From NCBI GenBank assembly GCA_964402035.1, contig CAYOAM010000001.1, forward strand, positions 307,558-371,557: 64,000 nucleotides of DNA, written 5' to 3'. Within the stretch, counting starts at the first letter, position 1. The number at the start of each line of letters is the position of its first letter. The DNA is from an uncultured Candidatus Saccharibacteria bacterium. GTDB lineage: Bacteria; Patescibacteriota; Minisyncoccia; Phycocordibacterales; UBA918. The notes beneath the pieces were generated by a model that worked only from the letters and a program-made list of their open reading frames with translations, made no database searches and had not been told where the DNA came from. The position numbers and the translations under genes were made by a program. Positions 20,674-29,538 of this stretch are shown one piece after another.

Positions 20674-21186
20674 CTACGTCAAATAACTATCAAAATATAT
20701 GGCGTGACACGTATAGCCACCAGGATTTTTTTGTAAGTAGTCTTGATGATAGTTTTCAGCGGGCCAAAAACGAGTTAGTGGCTCAAGTGTGGTCACGACC
20801 GGATCCTGCCATCGTCCGGATTCGTTCACAATATCAATAAAGTTTTCAGCCTCTTTCTTTTCAGTATCGTCGGCATAGAAAATCGCAGATCGATACGAGG
20901 TACCACGATCATTCCCCTGCCGATTGAGTGTCGTAGGATTGTGAATCTGAAAAAAGAAATCCAGTACTTGCTTGTATGAAATAATCGCAGGGTCATAGGT
21001 CACTTCGAGAGCCTCTGCATGCCCTTGATGGTTCTCGTAGGTAGGATTGCCATTCGTACCGCCGCAATATCCTGTTTCTGTGTCGACAACGCCCTTTAGA
21101 TCACGGAAAAGATCCTCGAGTCCCCAAAAACACCCTCCTGCTAGTACCGCTTTTTTTAGGGCTGTCTCCATATCAGCATTATACAA
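20674..21186 (-). CDS. msrA: peptide methionine (S)-sulfoxide reductase
   Basis: GGCFWG active-site motif at N-terminus, conserved C-terminal region. Confidence 0.95.
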   Translation of the reverse strand: MYNADMETALKKAVLAGGCFWGLEDLFRDLKGVVDTETGYCGGTNGNPTYENHQGHAEALEVTYDPAIISYKQVLDFFFQIHNPTTLNRQGNDRGTSYRSAIFYADDTEKKEAENFIDIVNESGRWQDPVVTTLEPLTRFWPAENYHQDYLQKNPGGYTCHAIYFDSYLT

Positions 21187-21218
21187 CGCAGTATTACAAA
21201 CACCGTTTCATGATGACA

Positions 21219-22031
21219 CTACCACGTCTCTGCAAACAGTGAATCTTCTTCAGTAGCGGTTTCACCCCAGCAGATCTCAACTGGCTCACCAATGAGGTCT
21301 GCTAGATACTGCTCCGCATCGTGTTGATCACCAATGCGATCAATAAGTCCTTTTTCCAACGCCGCAGTTCCGAGCAACGAGTATCCATCCGCGAGTTCAG
21401 CTACTTTTTCACGAGGAATCTTTCTATTCTCCGCAATAGCATCCACAAAGTTATTGTGTATGACATCAATATCGCGTTGCAAAAGTGAACGTTCTTCTTC
21501 CGTCATCAGTCGACTTGGGTCACCGATATCTTTATACCGAGCTGATGTGATAGTAGAATACTCCACCCCTTCTTTTTTGTTTTTCTCTATCTCATTTACT
21601 ATTGGCAGTATGACTCCGATACTCCCCACATCACTATTTTTAGAAGCAAATATAATGTCTGCACCGGTAGCTACCCAGTAGGCCGCAGAAAGCCCACTCG
21701 AGCGTATGAGCGCTACCGCAGGTTTATCCAATCGTTGTATTGCATGCGCAATTTCTTCGGCAGCAACAGGCTGACCGCCGTTTGAATCAATATCAAGGAT
21801 TAATCCTCGAATGGTCTCATCATCCTTAGCTTCCTGTATGGCAGTCAACACATCATCCGAAATCGTCTGTGTCGTTCCCATACTGTGAGCAGTTGTAGTA
21901 ATAAGATCTCCATAGAGCGTTATGCCTCGAACGTTGCACAAGTCAGCAGAATCTAAAAAATATACAAACAGCACTGATACTCCAAGTATACCGGCAAATC
22001 CAAACACAATACCTCCTGCAATTTTAAACAT
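21219..22031 (-). CDS. sppA: signal peptide peptidase SppA (S49 family, 36K type)
   Basis: N-terminal TM; GSIGV catalytic Ser region; ClpP/crotonase fold pattern. Confidence 0.85.
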   Translation of the reverse strand: MFKIAGGIVFGFAGILGVSVLFVYFLDSADLCNVRGITLYGDLITTTAHSMGTTQTISDDVLTAIQEAKDDETIRGLILDIDSNGGQPVAAEEIAHAIQRLDKPAVALIRSSGLSAAYWVATGADIIFASKNSDVGSIGVILPIVNEIEKNKKEGVEYSTITSARYKDIGDPSRLMTEEERSLLQRDIDVIHNNFVDAIAENRKIPREKVAELADGYSLLGTAALEKGLIDRIGDQHDAEQYLADLIGEPVEICWGETATEEDSLFAETW

Positions 22032-22365
22032 ACAAGCAGTATAGCAGAACTACATTGGTGTGTAACAAGGCAACCGATTACTTCCCCACCACATATGTTC
22101 GACTTCCCTTTGTAACAACATAGGATTCATATCCTGCGTTGTTATTTCAGCACTAAAGAATAACCGTTCTCATTTGCAGTGCTTCTTCGAGTATTGATTC
22201 TAATTGTCGATAGTCGGAGTCGGTATCAAAAATCTGGGCGCGTGCGTCAGCACGATTGATGACGTGATAGATGTGGTTACCAACATTGACTCTTTCGATC
22301 CGTAGCATGCATATAGCATATCACCCGTTGCGGTTGTTTAATTTAATGGTGGCTGACCCCATTCT

Positions 22366-22422
22366 TTCATTCTTCCATTCTTTTGACCTCATTCTATGCC
22401 ATTCTCCATTCCCCATTCTCCT
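22366..22422. repeat. CATTC(T)/GAATG pentanucleotide microsatellite (~8 copies)
   Basis: ccCATTCTttCATTCTtcCATTCT...CATTCTcCATTCccCATTCT seen directly. Confidence 0.6.
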
Positions 22423-22519
22423 CTTATTGCAAGGACAGAAAGGAAACTAAGATGATGTTTTTGCGTTCCTGGACATTCGTAAAGTCGCAAAAAGAGACAA
22501 AACAATCGTAACTGTCCAC

Positions 22520-22590
22520 ATTCACTCAAGCGTTCACTGCCAAATGGGTAGTATGCAAAGAGGGTGGTGAGATAAGCAATGCGCACAAAA
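22520..22590 (-). pseudogene. degraded rhs fragment (homologous to the LLAYYPFGSQRL segment of the main RHS protein)
   Basis: translation ...LFAYYPFGSERL... and nucleotide similarity to 30860-30910/24380-24420 regions. Confidence 0.45.
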
Positions 22591-22774
22591 CCTTATCCGC
22601 TATTCTTGGTGATGCTAGTACAGCTGAAATTAGGCAACCTGTATGAACCCATCAGAGAGCGTAGAGAGTCTGGAGCACCTCACTCACTTCTACTCTATTG
22701 TACCTTAGTGACAAACCAAACATTATGCAGCAGTTAGTTCGGTTTTTGTGAGTAATTCTTATGAATTAGTGTGG

Positions 22775-23089
22775 TTATAATCCATCAACAGCAGTTGTTA
22801 CTTTTATGACAATGCCTTCACCATTAAAGTCTATACTGCAGTCAACTCCGTTTTGTAGAAGATATATATGCTTTTCGTCGCTCGAGCGCATATCGATATC
22901 CTGACCATCATTTAGTAACCCACTCATAATATGATCTACTTGATCTCTTTGCATACCCACCTTGATATCGTTACAACGCTGTCGTATATCACTCAACTCT
23001 GGATATACAGTGAGATAAATTATAAATATCAGAAAAATTATTATTGGTAATCCTACTGCCATTCCAATGTACTTAATAATTTTTTTCAT
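22775..23089 (-). CDS. small membrane-anchored protein, candidate immunity protein for orphan rhs toxin tip 3
   Basis: 104 aa, N-terminal TM, AT-rich, starts 3 bp after orphan tip 3 stop. Confidence 0.5.
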   Translation of the reverse strand: MKKIIKYIGMAVGLPIIIFLIFIIYLTVYPELSDIRQRCNDIKVGMQRDQVDHIMSGLLNDGQDIDMRSSDEKHIYLLQNGVDCSIDFNGEGIVIKVTTAVDGL

Positions 23090-23091
23090 AT

Positions 23092-24141
23092 TTAATCTTC
23101 TTCACGTTCACCAGAAAGTGTGTTTTTTAGACTGTTAAGTGCATTTGATAATTGACTCAATACTCTACTAAGAGCAGACGTTGCATTGGGGTCAATCGAC
23201 CTACCAAGACCTGCTGTATAGGCGTTGTCATTCAAGTTTGTTATCGAGTTGTTACCAACTCCAGATTGTGTGAGAAGATTTGTAGCAAAGTTATTACTAT
23301 TATGTTGTCCGCTGACATTCGGATTGCCAAAAACTGAGTATTTACCAACAACTTCTGGTGAACTATTGTAGCTATTTACTATGGATGCTTCAAATTCCTC
23401 CGAGGTCATCCCATCCGGGGGTTCAATAGTTTGAATACCGCTATATTGATCACGAGAAAGTCCAAAATCACTGCCGCGATTAACATCCTTGAATAAGTCC
23501 CCTGTAACAAAATTCTCTGTATACCCTCCTAGTGTGACTCTTGAGTAGTCATCAACCCCATCAATTCTTGGTAGTGCATTTGGATTGTCAGGAGTAATGA
23601 GTACAAACGAATGGGCACCAATTCCTCCAATTACCGCTACATCAATTGGTCTGCTTGCCAACTCTACTTTCTCACCTGTAGGATCAAAAAGTATAAGCGG
23701 ATTATTTCTCGCATACGAATAAGTGTTGAACTGTTGTGGGTCTAGCAAGAATTGATTAGGATTGTCACGACTCGCTGGATCCATCGATATCCATTTTCCA
23801 TAATTGCTGTTCAAGTATCTTGCTCCTGCATATGTAAGCTCAGTCTCAGGATCATAGTCATGCCCTGTATAGCGATTCGTTTGTGTAAAGGAACTGGAAG
23901 TGGTGGTACCTATGAATCGTATCTCATCTAAGTATACCGTCTGGGTGGTGGCAGATTCAATGTTAAGAGCGAGGGTATTGTTGTATGAGGAGATTCCAAG
24001 GTCGGAGAGTGGTATGGATACTTCTTGCCAGGTGTTGGTGAGGTATCCACTTGGGAGGTAGTTTTCAATAACGCGGTTTTGGATCACTTGACCAAGGTGG
24101 TTGGTGAAATAGATATCGAGCTCTCCGGTGTTCGTGCCCAT
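23092..24141 (-). CDS. orphan RHS C-terminal cassette 3 (conserved 160-aa RHS-shell terminus + unique C-terminal toxin domain, unassigned)
   Basis: N-terminal 160 aa ~identical to main RHS residues MGTNTGELDIYF...YSYxRNNP; divergent tail after DPTGE. Confidence 0.75.
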   Translation of the reverse strand: MGTNTGELDIYFTNHLGQVIQNRVIENYLPSGYLTNTWQEVSIPLSDLGISSYNNTLALNIESATTQTVYLDEIRFIGTTTSSSFTQTNRYTGHDYDPETELTYAGARYLNSNYGKWISMDPASRDNPNQFLLDPQQFNTYSYARNNPLILFDPTGEKVELASRPIDVAVIGGIGAHSFVLITPDNPNALPRIDGVDDYSRVTLGGYTENFVTGDLFKDVNRGSDFGLSRDQYSGIQTIEPPDGMTSEEFEASIVNSYNSSPEVVGKYSVFGNPNVSGQHNSNNFATNLLTQSGVGNNSITNLNDNAYTAGLGRSIDPNATSALSRVLSQLSNALNSLKNTLSGEREED

Positions 24142-24400
24142 ATAGAGCCAGAATGAGAGGGTGCTGTATGGGGTGGTGTTGAAGGAGCTATGGGTATATG
24201 AGATACCTCCCCATGGAGATGTGTATTGGGCTTTGAGGCTGTGGGTACCTGCGTATGTGGTACTGGTGGAGTTTGTGAGGGTGACCGTCCATGATCCGTT
24301 GTCCGTCCATGGTGAGGTGAAGGAGTCTGCATAGATGTATGAAGAGATGGTGCTTTGACTTCCCCCTCCTTCACTGAGGCGTTCACTGCCTTGGAGCAGA
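23650..24400 (-). repeat. rhs homology block copy D (shared with 30190-31025)
   Basis: near-identical nucleotide runs extending upstream of the orphan start codon in a disrupted frame. Confidence 0.7.
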
Positions 24401-24484
24401 TAATTCCTAATACTTCTCCTATGTATTTCGTTACTATTTCTTCTTGCATCTCTCAGGAACTAAAGGAATACGAGGTAATCAATG

Positions 24485-24700
24485 TTACTTGTCTTCGAGT
24501 CTAAATTTTACACCATGCTCATCCTTAGTCGCTCTTTCAAAAGCCAATTTCCACTCTTCCCAGAATGCTGGGTCGGCGGTTCCTCCATCTTGAAGAATTG
24601 ACATTCCGCCTAGCATCCCACCAATTTCACTTGACTTAGTCTTTTGGTAGTAATTTTCTAGGAAATAGAACATTGCTCTGTATGCTTCTTTTTCATTCAT
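24485..24700 (-). CDS. small cytoplasmic protein, candidate immunity protein for orphan tip 2
   Basis: 71 aa, begins 2 bp after orphan tip 2 stop. Confidence 0.45.
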   Translation of the reverse strand: MNEKEAYRAMFYFLENYYQKTKSSEIGGMLGGMSILQDGGTADPAFWEEWKLAFERATKDEHGVKFRLEDK

Positions 24701-24701
24701 A

Positions 24702-25766
24702 TTAATCTTGATCTTGATCTGATCTTGGTAATCGTCTTTGATGCACTGGTTCAGGAGCCGACAATCCTGTCTCAGAATTGAATGTTCTCGGAGTGACGTT
24801 TTGCCCTCCGTTTATGATTTGACCGTCTCTAGTCTGCACCCAAGTCTGACTACCATTTTTGTTTAATCTTGCCGACCAGGTATTTCCCCACTTATCAGAG
24901 CCAAGAGTAGTACTTGGATCATCTGCAACATTCTGCAGAAGCTGTCTATTCTGGGGAGTGTCAGCGAGATGCCCCACCTCGTCACGGAATATATGAGATA
25001 ACCTATTTTCAGGTATCAGGTGCCTTATGTCTGGCTTCCCATCCAAAGAACCGATTACAATACTAAATACTATTTTCTGGTTCTCAGAAAGACTATCATA
25101 ATTTTCTTGTCCAAACACATAGTACCCAACAGGGTTGGTACTCTGCGGAGCCAAAGCAGAGTCAAATGTTTCGTCTGGTGTATAGGCGTAGTTTGCGTCA
25201 TCAAGTGCCAAGCTGCCAAATACCGCCAGTGCAATGCTTACCAATATTGGCACTGGATTTTCACCATTATTATCGACGAATACTATCGGGTTGTTTCGAG
25301 AGTAACTATAGCTATTCAACTGTTGCGGGTCTCTCAAAAGAAAATGTTGTCGTATTCCTTTTGCCTCTAGCGAGTTAGCATCTCCAAGTAACAATGACAC
25401 CGGATCCTGCGCAGTGAACCGTCCTGTGTTTCCATCATAATACCTCGCACCCATGTACGTGAGACTTGTTTCTTCGTCATAGTCATGCCCGGTATATCGA
25501 TTGCTCTGTGTAAAGGAACTGGAAGTGGTGGTACCTATGAATCGTATCTCATCTAAGTATACCGTCTGGGTGGTGGCAGATTCAATGTTAAGAGCGAGGG
25601 TATTGTTGTATGAGGAGATTCCAAGGTCGGAGAGTGGTATGGATACTTCTTGCCAGGTGTTGGTGAGGTATCCACTTGGGAGGTAGTTTTCAATAACGCG
25701 GTTTTGGATCACTTGACCAAGGTGGTTGGTGAAATAGATATCGAGCTCTCCGGTGTTCGTGCCCAT
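24702..25766 (-). CDS. orphan RHS C-terminal cassette 2 (unique tail with a hydrophobic helix and HxxD-containing domain, unassigned)
   Basis: N-terminal 165 aa match main RHS incl. RYYDGNTGRFTAQDPV; junction VDNNGE replaces DPxGL. Confidence 0.75.
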   Translation of the reverse strand: MGTNTGELDIYFTNHLGQVIQNRVIENYLPSGYLTNTWQEVSIPLSDLGISSYNNTLALNIESATTQTVYLDEIRFIGTTTSSSFTQSNRYTGHDYDEETSLTYMGARYYDGNTGRFTAQDPVSLLLGDANSLEAKGIRQHFLLRDPQQLNSYSYSRNNPIVFVDNNGENPVPILVSIALAVFGSLALDDANYAYTPDETFDSALAPQSTNPVGYYVFGQENYDSLSENQKIVFSIVIGSLDGKPDIRHLIPENRLSHIFRDEVGHLADTPQNRQLLQNVADDPSTTLGSDKWGNTWSARLNKNGSQTWVQTRDGQIINGGQNVTPRTFNSETGLSAPEPVHQRRLPRSDQDQD

Positions 25767-26165
25767 ATAGAGCCAGAATGAGAGGGTGCTGTATGGGGTG
25801 GTGTTGAAGGAGCTATGGGTATATGAGATACCTCCCCATGGAGATGTGTATTGGGCTTTGAGGCTGTGGGTACCTGCGTATGTGGTACTGGTGGAGTTTG
25901 TGAGGGTGACCGTCCATGAGCCTGCGTCTGTCCATGGAGACTGCCAGCTGTCGGTGTATAGGTATGACGATGTGGTGGTGTCTCCTCCCCCTTCATCGAG
26001 ACGTTGGCTGCCGAAGGGATAGTATGCGAGGAGGGTGGTGAGGTATCCATCATCATCGGTTTGTGCTTGGGTGCTGCCGAGGTGGTCGAGGTGGGTGTGA
26101 TAGGTGCTTGCAGATCCGCCTGTGCCAGAGACTGATGCTATGAGGGTGTCACCTGCGTAGAGAAA
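25290..26165 (-). repeat. rhs homology block copy C
   Basis: ~0.88 kb near-identical to 30190-31025 including ~400 bp upstream of the orphan ATG (ends at AGDTLIASV-equivalent). Confidence 0.7.
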
Positions 26166-26211
26166 AAGGTACCTGACACCCTATTCCAAAAAGTGACACT
26201 TATTACTATTT

Positions 26212-27504
26212 TTATGAAGGAGACGGAATTGTTTCATTTTTTGAACTTTCTACAATAAACTTTGCACGTTCGTAAAGCTCATCATAAGTAATGATTTCAA
26301 TATTTCTGGAATCACGCCGAAAAAGTTCAAAGGTTTTTGCTTTGATTAAAGCTTCTTTATTTTCTCCTCCAAACTGCCTTGAATGACCAATAACCAAAAT
26401 GGCTTTTGGATCATAAGATTTTTGTTTAATTGGTTTCCCTATATCATCAAAGTGACTTGAAGGATCTGACTCTGCCTTAACTTGCAGACTAGCTTTTTGC
26501 TCCAGGATTTGCGACAACGCAGACGTTAAATCATCTGATAATTTCCAAGCATTTGAACGGTTTTTGTCTCTGCCATACAATTCCGTATCAGGTTTTTTCA
26601 ACTCAACTAAAACAGTAAACTTATTACACCCTAATAAGAAATCAGAAACTGCAGCTTCCTTACCAGACATATCGACTCCAGATACAGTCACCTCTCTTTG
26701 TAAAATAGAGAGGAATCTATAATCTAAACCATAACCAAAAATCCAATTATTTTCTTCAAAAAAATGTTGCCACGCAGCTTCTGCTCCAAGCTGTTTAATG
26801 TTGTTCTCTGTTTTATATTTATCGACATATCCATCTTCCTCTAATAATTTCCTAAATATTTCCAGCTTACTTTTTCGGTAGCCAATATTAACAATATCGT
26901 TTGAAGTAATTATTCCACTACTAAGTAGCTCCTCAATAATTTTGTGACCATCCTCTCTCATTAGTAGAGTAGTAATCTTCTTTTTTGTATCCTCATCAAT
27001 TGTAGGCAAGTTGTCTGTATTGAGTGAAATTTTTCGTTCGTTTATACTTCCAAGATCTAATGCAGATATCATCTGCATATAGCCGATTATTTGTTTAAAA
27101 AAACCATATGAGAATGTGATTTGTTCTTCTTGGGGTTCGTACCCAGTTTTCTTGTAGTACTTAAAACGTTTGACAGAAATACTTTTGATTTCGTTACTTT
27201 CTTTGATGAACGTAAAGGTTGTTTTAATCTTATTTCTTACTCGCTCGGGGTGCTCAAACTCAATTGCATCAGGAACTCCATTATCATCACTGGAGACGAC
27301 GGTAAAAAACTTTCCAGCACCATTTTTAAATTGATGCGTATATAGAGTATCTCGAACGTAATTATCAACGATTTCTGATTCAGTAGATTCTTCGTATTTA
27401 TGTAAACCCATATTAGTACCTAGTATGCACCGATAAATTAGACTTTCAAAGTCTATCATTAACGTCTTACGCCGTATCGCAAAAGCACTGTTACTCGAAG
27501 GCAT
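26212..27504 (-). CDS. Shedu-like DUF4263-type PD-(D/E)xK nuclease (putative anti-phage defence protein)
   Basis: QREV...SDFLLG...VLVELKKP E/D/ExK motif set, C-terminal ILVIGHSR...EIITYDELYERA; ~33% GC, embedded in rhs cassette array. Confidence 0.45.
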   Translation of the reverse strand: MPSSNSAFAIRRKTLMIDFESLIYRCILGTNMGLHKYEESTESEIVDNYVRDTLYTHQFKNGAGKFFTVVSSDDNGVPDAIEFEHPERVRNKIKTTFTFIKESNEIKSISVKRFKYYKKTGYEPQEEQITFSYGFFKQIIGYMQMISALDLGSINERKISLNTDNLPTIDEDTKKKITTLLMREDGHKIIEELLSSGIITSNDIVNIGYRKSKLEIFRKLLEEDGYVDKYKTENNIKQLGAEAAWQHFFEENNWIFGYGLDYRFLSILQREVTVSGVDMSGKEAAVSDFLLGCNKFTVLVELKKPDTELYGRDKNRSNAWKLSDDLTSALSQILEQKASLQVKAESDPSSHFDDIGKPIKQKSYDPKAILVIGHSRQFGGENKEALIKAKTFELFRRDSRNIEIITYDELYERAKFIVESSKNETIPSPS

Positions 27505-27575
27505 TAATCATGACTGCCCCACTTTGTATTAACAAATTAGGAGTCAGGCACCTTAGTCACGATTATCTGACACAA

Positions 27576-27938
27576 CTAGAGTAGATCAATTTCTGCTACA
27601 AGTGTTAACTCAAGATCTTCTACTTCAGCACTGGTCATTGCTTTTTGTTTATTTAAGAAACCTTCCTTGATAAGTAAGGGAACTATTCTTAGTATTGTAT
27701 CTCTACTCACATCCTTAATTATAAATTCATGTACATCAATACTTGAAAAGCCTTTTCTTTCTATCGAATCCTGTACTTCCTGAATGTGGCGATACGGCTG
27801 AATAGCAGACACATTGTAAAAAGAACCATCCAACTGGAGATAAAAGTCTCTCAAATTTTTTTGTTCGACCTCCCACTCAATTGCCGCGTCAGTATAACCA
27901 GTTGTATTCTTATGAAAGTATATCTTTAATTTTTTCAT
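27576..27938 (-). CDS. candidate immunity protein for orphan tip 1
   Basis: 120 aa, AT-rich, begins 3 bp after orphan tip 1 stop. Confidence 0.5.
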   Translation of the reverse strand: MKKLKIYFHKNTTGYTDAAIEWEVEQKNLRDFYLQLDGSFYNVSAIQPYRHIQEVQDSIERKGFSSIDVHEFIIKDVSRDTILRIVPLLIKEGFLNKQKAMTSAEVEDLELTLVAEIDLL

Positions 27939-27941
27939 GTA

Positions 27942-28985
27942 TCATCCTTCTATTTTTTTAGTCTTAATCTTTTCTAGCTCCGCTTGGAACTGCTTTGGCG
28001 TCAAGTTGCCGTTTGGTACTATTTCGTAATGATTTGGATTATCTCCTCGTTGGATAATTTTGAGAGTATCAGGTAGTGAAGTTATTTGATTGGCACCACC
28101 AAATTTCCCAAGACTTGAAGCGTCTGTATTTACAGAAATACCTCTAATATCAGCTACAAAACCATCAGCATCAATCTTGATTTCGTTTGGTTTTATACTG
28201 AATAGATTATTCCCTGAACCACCCCTAAACACAGGCACTAAGTTATCTCCATTCCTAACCAAAGAACCCACATTCGCCTTATTGCCAAACGCCATGAAAG
28301 CCAACTGTAGCGAGAGCTTCTGTGAAGGACTCATGTTGTCATAACCCGGCACCAAAGGATTAGTTCCCGATGGAACATTTGTTAGGTCGGTCGATTCAGC
28401 CGGCGAATACGCATAATTAACATCAGTTGCAAAATTAACAATACAAGCAAATGCAATCGCGAGTCCTAGCGGTAGGATATCACCTCCAGGGTCATACACA
28501 ATCATTGGATTATTACGTCCGTAGCTATATGTATTAAGCTGTTGCGGGTCTCTAAGTAAGAGTTCCAACGGTCGTCCATACTGTGATTCCCAAGTACGAG
28601 CTCCTAGATCAAGATTTGCCGGATCCATCGATATCCATTTTCCATAATTGCTGTTCAAGTATCTTGCTCCTGCATATGTAAGCTCAGTCTCAGGATCATA
28701 GTCATGCCCGGTATATCGATTGCTCTGTGTAAAAGAACTGGAAGTGGTGGTACCTATGAATCGTATCTCATCTAAGTATACCGTCTGTGCAGTAGCAGAT
28801 TCAATGTTAAGAGCAAGAGTGTTGTTGTATGCACTGATACCAAGGTCAGAGAGTGGTATCGAGACCTGTTGCCAGGTGTTGGTCTCAAAACCGAGAGGAA
28901 GATAGTCTTCAATGACACGATTTTGGATGACTTGACCAAGGTGATTGGTGAAGTATATATCAAGCTCTCCGGTGTTCGTGCCCAT
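27942..28985 (-). CDS. orphan RHS C-terminal cassette 1 (unique tail; FRGG...E pattern faintly ART-like, unassigned)
   Basis: N-terminal 153 aa match main RHS; tail diverges after YDPGGD. Confidence 0.75.
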   Translation of the reverse strand: MGTNTGELDIYFTNHLGQVIQNRVIEDYLPLGFETNTWQQVSIPLSDLGISAYNNTLALNIESATAQTVYLDEIRFIGTTTSSSFTQSNRYTGHDYDPETELTYAGARYLNSNYGKWISMDPANLDLGARTWESQYGRPLELLLRDPQQLNTYSYGRNNPMIVYDPGGDILPLGLAIAFACIVNFATDVNYAYSPAESTDLTNVPSGTNPLVPGYDNMSPSQKLSLQLAFMAFGNKANVGSLVRNGDNLVPVFRGGSGNNLFSIKPNEIKIDADGFVADIRGISVNTDASSLGKFGGANQITSLPDTLKIIQRGDNPNHYEIVPNGNLTPKQFQAELEKIKTKKIEG

Positions 28986-29085
28986 ATAGAGCCAGAATGA
29001 GAGGGTGCTGTATGGAGTGGTGTTGAAGGATGATGGGTGTGTATATGAGATACCTCCCCATGGAGACGTGTATTGGGCTTTGAGG
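28520..29085 (-). repeat. rhs homology block copy B
   Basis: 28986-29085 identical to 30611-30710 upstream of orphan ATG; ends abruptly at GATTAATCGTGACTG. Confidence 0.7.
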
Positions 29086-29089
29086 CCGA

Positions 29090-29521
29090 TTAATCGTGAC
29101 TGTCACCTTTCTTTCTTGCTGCCCCAAGTATTATCATACTTAAACATATTGGGGGAACTAAAATTATCAATAAGTTAATGATCCAATAGTCTGAATTGGG
29201 GAGTTTGATCAGGTCGCCAGAGAAAAACAAAACTGCATATACTGCACTAAAAATAACAATTAAGTTTGAATTTACTTTATTAGGAGCTTCAATCAATGAA
29301 ATTAATTTGAATATTACTAAAAAAATTAACGAACTTACAGATGAGATACAAAAGAATATAAATAGTAAATATGCTGTTAATTTAATTACGTTAGCATCTA
29401 CGACTCCATCTAACATATAAGAATACAAACCCGTATAGTAATGAATTGCCATAAAGACAGGACATGCCACTACCGCAGCGATCCAGCCACCTATAAAAGT
29501 ATTTAATGAATTTTTTCTCAC
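29090..29521 (-). CDS. polytopic (4-TM) membrane protein, candidate cognate immunity protein of the main RHS toxin
   Basis: 143 aa, 4 hydrophobic helices, ~30% GC, 17 bp downstream of RHS stop. Confidence 0.55.
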   Translation of the reverse strand: MRKNSLNTFIGGWIAAVVACPVFMAIHYYTGLYSYMLDGVVDANVIKLTAYLLFIFFCISSVSSLIFLVIFKLISLIEAPNKVNSNLIVIFSAVYAVLFFSGDLIKLPNSDYWIINLLIILVPPICLSMIILGAARKKGDSHD

Positions 29522-29538
29522 ATTATTTAATGATTAAT

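Noticed and set aside
24084-26056. ORFs 24084..24449, 25709..26056 and 30414..30860 (Pro/His/Thr-rich)
   Set aside because: Frame-shifted translations of rhs homology blocks, not independent genes.
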